Program-made: the position numbers and the translations under genes
NCBI GenBank assembly: GCA_023663615.1
Contig: JAMPHA010000001.1
Span: forward strand, 153,928 to 217,927
Direction of reading: 5' to 3'
Source of the DNA: Clostridium sp.
Lineage (GTDB): Bacteria; Bacillota; Clostridia; Lachnospirales; Lachnospiraceae
DNA: 64,000 bases
Notes under the pieces: generated by a model
What the model saw: only the letters and a program-made list of their open reading frames with translations
Databases searched by the model: none
Told to the model about the DNA's origin: nothing
Part shown: in pieces, positions 35,574 through 43,588 of the stretch
Layout: each line of letters begins with the position of its first letter
Position numbering within the stretch: the first letter of the stretch is position 1

Positions 35574-35722
35574 GCGCGATAGGCAGAGAAGAGAAGTGAT
35601 TTTTATGCGGCGACCGTGCTTGCACGGGGAGACGCATAGGAATCACTTCGCGGCGAGCAACGCGAGCGGGAAATGCGAAGCATTTCCCCTCTGCCTGCGC
35701 GATAAGCTTAAGAAGAGAAGCG
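35571..35722 (+). repeat. dispersed structured intergenic repeat, copy 1 (second copy at 47003-47175)
   Basis: About 85 percent identical by eye to 47003-47175 in the same orientation. Shared blocks are TTTGCGCGATARGCAGAGAAG.GAAGTGATT, GGAATCACTTCGCGGCGAGCAACGCGAGCG.GAAATGCGAAGCATTTC and GCGCGATAAGCTTAAGAAG.GAAG. Confidence 0.75.
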
Positions 35723-35752
35723 TTTCTATATGCAAGAAGAAGGGAGAAAGCA

Positions 35753-36061
35753 ATGGTTGATAATTATGCAATTATCGAGAATTATCTGATGATCAGGATG
35801 CCGGAAGAGGTCGATCATCACAGGGCGGTACGGATCAGCCGGACAGCCGATGATTATATTGCGCACAGCAAGGTTGTCAATATCGTGTTTGATTTTGAGG
35901 ACACGAAGTTTATGGATAGTTCCGGCATCGGTGTGATCATGGGGCGGTACAAAAAAATATCCTGTTTTGGCGGGAAGGTGTTTGCCATTAACGCGAGCAG
36001 GCGCATCAAGCAGCTTCTTGTCGTGTCGGGTATGCAGAAATTGGTTACGATTATGGAGTAG
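35753..36061 (+). CDS. spoIIAA: anti-sigma-F factor antagonist (STAS domain)
   Basis: 102 aa with the phosphorylatable-serine context FMDSSGIGVIMG. It immediately precedes spoIIAB-sigF. Confidence 0.85.
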   Translation: MVDNYAIIENYLMIRMPEEVDHHRAVRISRTADDYIAHSKVVNIVFDFEDTKFMDSSGIGVIMGRYKKISCFGGKVFAINASRRIKQLLVVSGMQKLVTIME

Positions 36062-36073
36062 AGGAGTGGAGAG

Positions 36074-36697
36074 ATGGAGATAAGAACAGAGGAGAGAACG
36101 GAGCATACGGGCGTCATGGTGCAGGAAGACAGGCGGGAACAGACGGACATGCAGGGACAGGCGGACAGGCAGGGACAGACGGACATGCGGGAGCAGGCGG
36201 ACTTTGCAGGGAAAGCGGGCGGACAGGGACGGATGGGCGCAAGACGCGGGTATGTCAATGAAATGTCATTGGAATTTGATGCAGTTTCCCTAAATGAGAG
36301 CTTTGCGCGCGTTGTGGTTGCGGCGTTCATCACGCCGCTTAATCCGACGGTGGAGGAGCTTGCAGACGTGAAGACCGCGGTTTCGGAGGCGGTGACAAAC
36401 GCGATCATCCACGGATATGACGGCCGGGGCGGTAAGATCAACATGCATTGTCTGGTGACGGGAAATCTGCTGAGCGTCAACATTGAGGATCACGGTATGG
36501 GCATTGCGGACATCGGACAGGCCATGATGCCGCTGTTTACAACGAAACCGGAGCTGGACCGGTCGGGCATGGGATTTTCTTTTATGGAGGCATTTATGGA
36601 TGACTTAAAGGTCGAGTCCCATGTGGGAGAGGGAACCAAGGTCTGTATGATGAAAAAACTGGGGGACGCCTCACTACCGGCGCCGAAAGGGAAGTAA
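36074..36697 (+). CDS. spoIIAB: anti-sigma F factor (serine kinase) with ~63-aa repetitive N-terminal extension
   Basis: The HATPase core EMSLEFDAVSLNESFARVVVAAFI...EAVTNAIIHGY...GMGI...ERSGMGFSFM matches SpoIIAB. The ATG at 36074 has a strong AGGAGTGGAGAG RBS. The canonical-length start (about 36254-36263) lacks an RBS. Confidence 0.85.
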   Translation: MEIRTEERTEHTGVMVQEDRREQTDMQGQADRQGQTDMREQADFAGKAGGQGRMGARRGYVNEMSLEFDAVSLNESFARVVVAAFITPLNPTVEELADVKTAVSEAVTNAIIHGYDGRGGKINMHCLVTGNLLSVNIEDHGMGIADIGQAMMPLFTTKPELDRSGMGFSFMEAFMDDLKVESHVGEGTKVCMMKKLGDASLPAPKGK

Positions 36698-37495
36698 ATG
36701 GACGAGACCGCTGCATTGATCGCACGTTCACAGGCAGGGGATAAAAAAGCAAGAGAAATACTGGTAGAAAAAAATTTAGGACTGGTCCATCATATCGTCA
36801 AACGGTTTCTCGGCAGAGGCATCGATGCGGAGGATCTGTTCCAGATCGGCAGCATCGGACTGATGAAAGCGATCGATAAATTTGATCTAAGCTATGACGT
36901 TCGTTTTTCCACATATGCCGTTCCGATGATTCAGGGAGAAATCAAACGGTTTCTGCGGGACGACGGCATGGTGAAGGTCAGCCGCACGTTAAAAGAAAAC
37001 GGATGGAAAGTGCGTCAGTCCATGGAGCGGCTGTCGCAAAAGTTCGGGAGAGAGGCAACGCTTGAGGAACTTTCCGGGGATACGGGGCTTAGTACGGAAG
37101 ACATTGTGATGGCGCTGGAGGCAAATATTGAAGTGGAATCCATCTATCGTTCCGTGTTCCAGTCCGACGGCAATGAGATCTATCTGGTCGATCAGGTCAT
37201 TGCGGGCGGAAAAGGAAAAGGCGGCATCGGGCAGACCGCCGCGGGCGGATCGGGGATCGACAGCTACGGGATGGGAGACGGGCAGGATCCGGAGAAGGAG
37301 CGTCTGCTCAATCACATGCTTTTAGAGCAGCTCATCGGCAGTCTGGATGAAAAAGAACGGGAGCTGATCGAGCTTCGTTATTTTCAGGATAAAACACAGA
37401 TGGAGGTGGCAAAACGGCTGCGCATCAGCCAGGTGCAGGTCAGCCGCATGGAAAAGCGCATCCTGCTGCGTATGCGGGAGCGGGGAAAAGTATAG
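36698..37495 (+). CDS. sigF: sporulation sigma factor F
   Basis: NLGLVHHIVKRF...DLFQIGSIGLMKAIDKFD...FSTYAVPMIQGEIKRFLRD (regions 2.x) and QMEVAKRLRISQVQVSRMEKRIL (region 4.2). Operon position after spoIIAB. Confidence 0.9.
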   Translation: MDETAALIARSQAGDKKAREILVEKNLGLVHHIVKRFLGRGIDAEDLFQIGSIGLMKAIDKFDLSYDVRFSTYAVPMIQGEIKRFLRDDGMVKVSRTLKENGWKVRQSMERLSQKFGREATLEELSGDTGLSTEDIVMALEANIEVESIYRSVFQSDGNEIYLVDQVIAGGKGKGGIGQTAAGGSGIDSYGMGDGQDPEKERLLNHMLLEQLIGSLDEKERELIELRYFQDKTQMEVAKRLRISQVQVSRMEKRILLRMRERGKV

Positions 37496-37645
37496 CTTTT
37501 CTGGTTCAGACATGCTATAATGTATAGGATTTTTATAAGTGCATATCACTGAGGATAAAAGGAAAGACATGCATGCGCCGGGAAAGCGGGTTTCAGGACA
37601 AAAGGACGCTTGGAGGCGCCGCATGGCCGGGGAGAGAGACAGGGT

Positions 37646-38425
37646 ATGAAATTTGACATGCATTGCCACACAAAGGAGGGCTCGATCGACGCAAAGGTCG
37701 AGCTGGAAAACTATGTCCGAAAGCTGGTGTCTCTCGGCTATGACGGAATGCTCGTGACAGATCACAATTCTTATAAGGGACATGATCAATGGGAGCGCCT
37801 GCGCGTGCGTATTCTGTCCGCCGCGGGGAAGCCCTTTGTCGTTCTCAGGGGAATCGAATACGATACGCGGGATGCGGGGCATATGCTCGTGATACTGCCG
37901 GAGCGCGTGCGCTCGCGTATCTTTACGGTGCGCGGCTTAAAAGGGCGTCAGCTCATCAAACGCGTGCATGAACTGGGCGGAATTGTCGGTCCGGCGCATC
38001 CCTATGGAAACGGTTTCTTTGCACTCATGAACACGCGTCTCGGAAAAAGAAACGAACATCTGATGCACAGCTTTGATTTTGTGGAGAGTTTTAACGCCTG
38101 TGTGAAGCCCTTTCAGAACCGGCTGGCAAAGCGTCTGGCGCAGCGTTACCATAAGCCGGAATTCGGCGGTTCGGACGCGCACCGTCTGGAAGTGATCGGA
38201 TCGGCGTATACCGAGATCGCGGGAAACATCCGCAATAATGACGATTTGATCCGCGCAGTCCGATGGCGCGTACCGATGACGGCCGACGGGGACTGGGAGG
38301 ATAAGGTCAGAAAAAAGCAGAAGAAAGCCGTGGAGGAGCTTTCTGTGATCGGGTATTGGATTTACAATAAAGTGTTTGCGGGCATAAATGTGTTCCGCAG
38401 GCGGAAATATGCAAAGATCATGTAA
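37646..38425 (+). CDS. PHP-family metal-dependent phosphoesterase
   Basis: MKFDMHCHTKEGSIDA...LVTDHNSYKG...EYDT...GPAHPYG...GGSDAH are PHP motif histidines and aspartates. The start at 37646 follows a GAGAGAGACAGGG RBS. Confidence 0.75.
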   Translation: MKFDMHCHTKEGSIDAKVELENYVRKLVSLGYDGMLVTDHNSYKGHDQWERLRVRILSAAGKPFVVLRGIEYDTRDAGHMLVILPERVRSRIFTVRGLKGRQLIKRVHELGGIVGPAHPYGNGFFALMNTRLGKRNEHLMHSFDFVESFNACVKPFQNRLAKRLAQRYHKPEFGGSDAHRLEVIGSAYTEIAGNIRNNDDLIRAVRWRVPMTADGDWEDKVRKKQKKAVEELSVIGYWIYNKVFAGINVFRRRKYAKIM

Positions 38426-38621
38426 ACCGGATGCGGCGGAAACAGAAAAGTGCCGGAAAACCAGATAGAAACGGAGACGGCCATACCGCGCGGAAACAGG
38501 CGCAAAAGAGAGATAGGTAAGTATGATTTGCGGGAATCCGCATAAAATAATCGCCAAAGAAAGGCTTTCGCTTGCGTGAAAGTCTTCGAAAGCGTGCGAA
38601 AGCGCGATTTTTTGGGGAGGA

Positions 38622-39353
38622 TTGGCTGTGCGGATTTTTTATTTGAAGGCGGATGCAAAGGTGGAACTGGAACGCAGGGACATCCGGCTTGCGGATGTGG
38701 CGGATGTTCTCTGCGAGGACGACCGCGCGCAGCGGGCGGCGCAGGAATTGATCGTATATCGGTTTTCCGGCGAGGAACGCGCAGTCATCGATGTGCTAAA
38801 ACTGATCGGTCTGCTGCATGAGAAATTTCCAGGCTGTCAGGTCGTGAGCCTCGGCGCGGACGCCGTGCTGCTGGAATATCATCAGATAAAACCGCATCCC
38901 GTGTGGGAAAAAGTGAAGATTGCGCTGATCGCGCTGCTCAGTTTTTTTGGCGCAGCATTTACCATCATGGCGTTTCACAATGATATTAGTATTGACGATA
39001 TTTTTTCCAAGGTATATCTGCTGGTTACAGGGATGGAATCGGACGGTTTCACTGTGCTGGAAATTTCTTACTCCGTCGGGCTCTCGGCGGGGATTCTTCT
39101 TTTTTTTAATCATATCGGGACAAGGCGGATCACGAAAGATCCGACGCCGATCGAGGTGCAGATGCGCCAGTATGAGAGCGACGTCGTGACGGCGCTCGTG
39201 GAGAATGCCGACCGCGAGCGGGCGCACGAAGATTGTGGAGGGAAACGGGAGAATTGCGAGCGGGCGCACGAAGACCGGGGTGAGAGGCAAGAAAACCGCG
39301 AGCGGGCGCATGCAGGCAGCAGGACGGATAGGGAAGCAGGGAGGAAACCGTAA
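38622..39353 (+). CDS. spoVAA: stage V sporulation protein AA
   Basis: (M/V)RIFYLKADAKVELERRDIRLADVADV... then two TM helices, followed by spoVAB, as in the Bacillus spoVA operon located after spoIIA. The start is TTG 38622 or, better placed behind the GGGGAGG RBS, GTG 38628. The C-terminus carries a 42-nt repeat tail. Confidence 0.7.
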   Translation: MAVRIFYLKADAKVELERRDIRLADVADVLCEDDRAQRAAQELIVYRFSGEERAVIDVLKLIGLLHEKFPGCQVVSLGADAVLLEYHQIKPHPVWEKVKIALIALLSFFGAAFTIMAFHNDISIDDIFSKVYLLVTGMESDGFTVLEISYSVGLSAGILLFFNHIGTRRITKDPTPIEVQMRQYESDVVTALVENADRERAHEDCGGKRENCERAHEDRGERQENRERAHAGSRTDREAGRKP

Positions 39354-39805
39354 TGGAACAATTACTGCTTGCCATACTGGGGCTTGGTTTCGGCGTGTTT
39401 ACGGCAGGAGGTGTGTTCACGACCGTCATTGTCGTGGCGCTCATTCCGCGTTTTGCCGCCCGTTTTCATACGGCATATAAAATAGAACTTTATGAAGAGT
39501 GGATTGTCGCGGGTGCGGTTGCCGGCGGCATTTTTGGTGTGTACTCTCATCTGTGGGAAACGCCCTCGTGGGAGGAGCGCGGTATGCTCTTAAAGTGTGC
39601 CGGCATAGCTCTGGTGATACTTTGGGCGTTTTTTACGGGGATGTTCGTCGGCTGTCTTGCGCTCGCGATTGAGGAGATGCTCGGCGGGCTTCCCGTGTTT
39701 GCCCGCCGGGTACATCTGCGCAAAGGGCTCGGCATCATCATTCTCTCCATTGCGGCGGCAAAACTTGCCGGTTCCTTATGCTATTTCTATTTCGGGTTGT
39801 TTTAG
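39353..39805 (+). CDS. spoVAB: stage V sporulation protein AB
   Basis: 150-aa four-TM protein MEQLLLAILGLGFGVFTAGGVFT...IPRFAARF.... The ATG overlaps the spoVAA stop (TAATG). Confidence 0.7.
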   Translation: MEQLLLAILGLGFGVFTAGGVFTTVIVVALIPRFAARFHTAYKIELYEEWIVAGAVAGGIFGVYSHLWETPSWEERGMLLKCAGIALVILWAFFTGMFVGCLALAIEEMLGGLPVFARRVHLRKGLGIIILSIAAAKLAGSLCYFYFGLF

Positions 39806-39863
39806 GGGAGCAATCATGCTAAAATCGTAACGAACAGTCAGCGATCTGCATAGGGGGAAGTTT

Positions 39864-40208
39864 ATGAAAAAGTATGTATCGGTTATGATCATACTAATTG
39901 TCTTTTTGGGTGTATGTGGAATCATTTTTAGAAATAAATCTGCTATGCTTTCTGCCGAGGAAGCGGAAGAAAGTTTGCAGAATTATTTGATAAGCGTCAG
40001 CCAATGGAAAGATGATTATGTCGTCGAAGCGCTGAATCCTGTGACGGGAACGATTGACAATGACGAAGTATATCGTTTTGAGATAAGATATAAAGATACG
40101 GATGAGCAGGTTGGCGATCGGTTAATAAGCAATTATGCAATCACATTGGATGGTAATCTCATTTATTGGTATGATTCTGCAAACGATGAATGGATCGTTC
40201 AAAAATAA
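39864..40208 (+). CDS. hypothetical membrane-anchored protein (114 aa)
   Basis: GGGGGAAG RBS, N-terminal TM and an AT-rich gene. No family recognised. Confidence 0.4.
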   Translation: MKKYVSVMIILIVFLGVCGIIFRNKSAMLSAEEAEESLQNYLISVSQWKDDYVVEALNPVTGTIDNDEVYRFEIRYKDTDEQVGDRLISNYAITLDGNLIYWYDSANDEWIVQK

Positions 40209-40236
40209 CATAAAGTAATTTTTTAGGGAATTCTTA

Positions 40237-40270
40237 TTGACAAACAATTAAACATATGCTTAAATGTTTA
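40237..40270 (+). promoter_or_regulatory. candidate sigma-A promoter with overlapping inverted repeat (possible ArsR/SmtB operator) for the metal-efflux operon
   Basis: TTGACA (40237-40242), a 17-nt spacer, then TTAAAT (40260-40265). The inverted repeat TAAACAT (40249-40255) / ATGTTTA (40264-40270) spans the -10. Confidence 0.4.
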
Positions 40271-40395
40271 TATCAAGAAGCAGACAGAACAATCAGAGGC
40301 ACATTCCCGAACGGAAACAGGAGCGGGAACGGCGGCTGCATTTTGGGAACGTTCTGCTGTAAAAAAAGCAAAAAGCAAAGAGGAGGACATTTTTC

Positions 40396-40614
40396 ATGAA
40401 GAAAACATATCAGATCGAGGTAGACTGCGCGGCATGCGCATTGAAAATGGAGGAAGCGGCAAAGCAGGTCGAGGGCGTGAAGGACGCGACGGTTTCCTTT
40501 ATGACGCAGAAGATGAAAGTAGAATTTGACGAGGGTGCGGAGGAGCAGGCGACGATGAAAGCGGTCGTGAAGGCATGCAAGAAAGTGGAGAGCGACTGCG
40601 AAATCATGCTGTGA
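40396..40614 (+). CDS. stand-alone heavy-metal-associated (HMA) domain protein
   Basis: 72 aa, YQIEVDCAACALKMEEAAKQVEGVKDATVSF, a ferredoxin-like HMA fold with a CxxC metal site. GAGGAGGA RBS. Confidence 0.8.
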   Translation: MKKTYQIEVDCAACALKMEEAAKQVEGVKDATVSFMTQKMKVEFDEGAEEQATMKAVVKACKKVESDCEIML

Positions 40615-40653
40615 GATCATACCGTGAAGGCGGCTTGCGCATACGGCGGAGGG

Positions 40654-40835
40654 GATACCGTTAGGCACTGTCTGCGCGATGGGACTTGTGCGTATTGCAG
40701 AGAGATACGTCGGATGCTGTCTGCGCGATGGGACTTGTGCATATTGCGGAGAGATACCGATGGACACTGTCTGTGCGATGAGACTTGTGCGTATTGCAGA
40801 GAGGATACCGATGGATGCCGTCGGCATGGGATTCG
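40654..40835. repeat. tandem repeat, about 3.6 units of 49-51 nt, between the HMA gene and the P-type ATPase
   Basis: Units start at 40654, 40704, 40753 and 40804, with the form GATACCG.TGGACACTGTCTG(C/T)GCGATG(G/A)GACTTGTGCGTATTGCAGAGAG. Confidence 0.8.
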
Positions 40836-40858
40836 CAGGCTGAGTGAAAGGAGCATGA

Positions 40859-42733
40859 ATGATGAATAAGAAGCAGAAAAGGATGCTGTTACGCATTGTC
40901 ATTACCGCAGGATTGATGATATTGCTGGCGGTTTTGCCGATTGACGCGAAGATCAAGACGATCTTGTATCTGGTTCCGTATCTGGTGATCGGTTATGATA
41001 TTTTGCGGAAAGCGGTTCTTGGTATTCTTCACGGACAGGTGTTTGACGAGAATTTTCTTATGGCGGTCGCGACGGTCGGTGCGATCGGGATCGGCGAGAT
41101 GGTGGAAGGCGTGGCGGTCATGCTTTTTTATCAGATCGGAGAGCTGTTCCAGAGCTATGCCGTCGGAAAGAGCCGTAAAAATATCACGGCGCTGATGGAT
41201 ATTCGTCCCGATTATGCGAATATCGAGGAGGACGGCGCGCTGGTGCAGGTTGACCCCGATGAGGTGGAGGTCGGCACGGTGATCGTCGTAAAGCCGGGAG
41301 AAAAGCTGCCGATCGACGGCGTCATTACGGAGGGGGAGACGACCCTGAACACGAGCGCACTAACCGGGGAGAGCGTACCGCGTGAGGCGGGAGAAGGCGA
41401 CGAGGTTATCAGCGGATGCGTGAATTTAAGCGGTCTGATTAAGGTTCGTACGACCAAGGAATTCGGGGAATCGACCGTATCAAAGATTTTGGATCTGGTG
41501 GAAAATTCCAGTATGAAGAAATCGCGTTCGGAGAATTTTATCACCAGGTTTGCCAAGGTGTATACGCCGGCGGTCTGTCTTGGCGCCGTGCTGCTGGCGG
41601 TGCTTCCGCCGCTTGGCAAGATGCTCTTTTTCGGCGGCAGCGCCGATTGGCTGGTATGGTTTACAAGAGCATTGACTTTTTTAGTCATTAGCTGTCCGTG
41701 CGCGTTGGTGATTTCCATTCCGTTAAGCTTTTTCGGCGGGATCGGCGGCGCGTCGGCGCGCGGCATTTTAGTGAAGGGTTCGAATTATCTGGAAGCGCTT
41801 GCATCGGCGGGGATCGTGGTATTTGACAAAACGGGAACGATGACGAAGGGTGTTTTCGAAGTGACAAAAATCTGTCCGGTGGGCGTGGATGAGGAGACAT
41901 TGCTGCATTACGCGGCGTATGCCGAGAGTTATTCCACGCACCCGATCGCGGAGAGTCTGCGCAGAGCGTACGGCAAAGCGATGGATGGAGCGCATGTGAG
42001 TGATGTGGAGGAAATCAGCGGACATGGCGTGACGGCGGTTGTGGATGGGAAAACGGTCGCGGCAGGCAACCGCAGACTCATGGAACGTATGCACATTGCC
42101 TGTCCTGAGGAGGACGCAGTCGGCACAGAAGTTCATTTGGCGCTTGACGGCGTCTATATCGGCATGATTCTGATCGCGGATGTGTTAAAGCCGACGGCGG
42201 CGGATGCGGTCCGCGCGCTGAAAGAAAGCGGTGTGCGAAAGACGGTCATGCTGACGGGCGATGCAAAGAAAGCGGCGGATGCGATCGCCGCAGAGCTTGC
42301 GGTTGACGAGGTGAAAAGCGGACTGCTTCCGGGCGATAAGGTGGATGAAGTCGAGCGTCTGCTCGCAGGAACCGGGAAAAAGGAAAAGCTGGTATTTGTC
42401 GGGGACGGCATCAATGACGCGCCCGTTTTGTCCCGCGCAGACGTCGGCGTTGCAATGGGCGCGCTCGGTTCCGACGCGGCGATCGAGGCGGCGGATGTCG
42501 TGCTGATGGACGATGATCCGTTAAAGATCGCGCTTGCGATGCGCATTGCGCGCAAGACGCTCCGCATTGTCTATGAGAATATCGTATTTGCGCTGGCAGT
42601 CAAAGCGATCTGTCTCGTGCTTGGCGCGCTCGGCGTCGCCAATATGTGGTGGGCGATCTTTGCGGACGTCGGCGTCATGGTGCTTGCCGTACTGAATGCG
42701 ACGCGGGCATTGACGATTTCGGGCAGGAGATGA
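40859..42733 (+). CDS. heavy-metal translocating P1B-type ATPase, Zn/Cd/Pb-type signature, lacking a fused N-terminal HMA domain
   Basis: SCPCALVISIP (CPC), DKTGTMT, TGD, GDGINDAP. TM7 has a Lys (ALAVKAICL) and TM8 has DVGVMVLAVLN (DxG-x7-N), as in P1B-2 pumps. AAAGGAG RBS before the ATG at 40859. Confidence 0.9.
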   Translation: MMNKKQKRMLLRIVITAGLMILLAVLPIDAKIKTILYLVPYLVIGYDILRKAVLGILHGQVFDENFLMAVATVGAIGIGEMVEGVAVMLFYQIGELFQSYAVGKSRKNITALMDIRPDYANIEEDGALVQVDPDEVEVGTVIVVKPGEKLPIDGVITEGETTLNTSALTGESVPREAGEGDEVISGCVNLSGLIKVRTTKEFGESTVSKILDLVENSSMKKSRSENFITRFAKVYTPAVCLGAVLLAVLPPLGKMLFFGGSADWLVWFTRALTFLVISCPCALVISIPLSFFGGIGGASARGILVKGSNYLEALASAGIVVFDKTGTMTKGVFEVTKICPVGVDEETLLHYAAYAESYSTHPIAESLRRAYGKAMDGAHVSDVEEISGHGVTAVVDGKTVAAGNRRLMERMHIACPEEDAVGTEVHLALDGVYIGMILIADVLKPTAADAVRALKESGVRKTVMLTGDAKKAADAIAAELAVDEVKSGLLPGDKVDEVERLLAGTGKKEKLVFVGDGINDAPVLSRADVGVAMGALGSDAAIEAADVVLMDDDPLKIALAMRIARKTLRIVYENIVFALAVKAICLVLGALGVANMWWAIFADVGVMVLAVLNATRALTISGRR

Positions 42734-42814
42734 TCCTGCTGCGGGAAATGCTTAGAAACGGGAAATGCTTAGAAAAAGGCACAGAACAGTATGAAAAAGG
42801 AAAACGGAGGGTGT

Positions 42815-43186
42815 ATGACACATTATCATTTACCGCACGATCATGGACAGAATATCGGGCATGTGCTTGACCGGATGCCGGATCTTTCCGATTTTCAGAA
42901 GGTGGCGGCGTGGTTTGACAAGCTTGGGGACGGCACGCGGCTGCGCATTTTATGGCTTTTGTGTCACTGCGAGGAGTGCGTGAGCAATATCGCCGCCGCA
43001 ATGGAAATGAGCGATCCGGCGGTATCGCATCATCTGCGGCTTTTAAGGGAGAGCGGGCTGATTGTCAGCAGGCGCGAGGGAAAGGAGGTCTATTACAAGC
43101 TTGCGGAAAATGCGCAGGCGCAGATTCTCCACCGCGCGCTTGACGAGATGTTTGAGGTGAGCTGTCCGAGCGGGGATGAGGCGTAG
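42815..43186 (+). CDS. ArsR/SmtB-family metalloregulator
   Basis: GDGTRLRILWLLCHCEECVSNIAAAMEMSDPAVSHHLRLLRESGLIVSRREGKEVYYKL, a winged HTH with a Cys-rich alpha3 site. His-rich N-terminus (HYHLPHDHGQNIGH). GGAGGG RBS before 42815. Confidence 0.85.
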   Translation: MTHYHLPHDHGQNIGHVLDRMPDLSDFQKVAAWFDKLGDGTRLRILWLLCHCEECVSNIAAAMEMSDPAVSHHLRLLRESGLIVSRREGKEVYYKLAENAQAQILHRALDEMFEVSCPSGDEA

Positions 43187-43280
43187 CATAGAGATGTCCG
43201 ACTTCCGGCTGTGGAGCGCGCCGGGCGCGCTTACGCTTGCGGGGATGAGGCGTAGCATAGACGTCCGACTTCCGGCTGTT
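43171..43280 (+). repeat. direct duplication (~41 nt x2, 68-nt period) spanning the arsR stop codon, separated by a GC palindrome
   Basis: CGGGGATGAGGCGTAGCATAGAGATGTCCGACTTCCGGCTGT (43171-43212) is repeated as GCGGGGATGAGGCGTAGCATAGACGTCCGACTTCCGGCTGTT (43239-43280). The palindrome GCGCGCCGGGCGCGC lies between them. Confidence 0.8.
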
Positions 43281-43588
43281 GAACGGTTAAACGCACAGGG
43301 GAACGTATAAGAGGGGCAGCAGTCAAAAACCGAAATGAAAACCGGATCGCAAAAATGTCAATCATCCGGATGCTTGCAAATAGGACGGACTGTTACGATG
43401 GTATACTTGTGAATTTGACGGACTGTTTATAAAACATACTTATAAAACAGGCAGAGCGTTATGATAACATAATAGGGAAATCGTCGCGGCTGTTTTTGGC
43501 ATATGGTATCGAAACTGACAAAGGCGGAAGCGGAAGGACAACGTGGGAAATTGTAGTAAGATGTGATAGACGCAAGCAGAGAACAGCG

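Noticed and set aside
35452-35760. 102-aa ORF, and the similar 91-aa ORF at 46950-47225, as a possible conserved small-protein family
   Set aside because: Their similarity comes from the dispersed DNA repeat. Both frames run through rho-independent terminators and lack an RBS, and the differences between copies are not biased toward synonymous changes.
38440-38621. Sigma-F/G-type promoter upstream of spoVAA (e.g. GTATG-15-CATAAAA around 38521-38547)
   Set aside because: The match to either consensus is poor at the invariant -10 positions and is not strong enough to report as a feature.
40612-40614. In-frame TGA after the HMA domain as a selenocysteine or programmed read-through codon
   Set aside because: I recognised no SECIS-like hairpin immediately downstream and saw no selenoprotein context. 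A second frame change would still be needed to reach the ATPase frame. Decay or separate genes is the simpler explanation.
40654-40835. Tandem repeat array as a CRISPR locus (also considered for 61230-61296 and 32357-32460)
   Set aside because: The units are contiguous with no unique spacers, there are only 3-5 copies, there are no cas genes, and the unit sizes and structure do not fit CRISPR repeats.
40273-40956. 227-aa minus-strand ORF and the 81-aa plus ORF 40624-40869 across the cadA-linker repeats
   Set aside because: The minus ORF is antisense to the HMA gene and the pump start. The plus ORF begins at a GTG without an RBS. The repeat units are 50, 49 and 51 nt, so no consistent peptide repeat is encoded.
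43286-43350. ACGCACAGGGG... resembling the 5-prime end of a c-di-GMP-I (GEMM-I) riboswitch
   Set aside because: Only the first ~10 nt resemble the Vc2-type aptamer. The conserved GGGACGCAAAGCC partner segment and the tetraloop-receptor features are absent, and no downstream gene is positioned for control.
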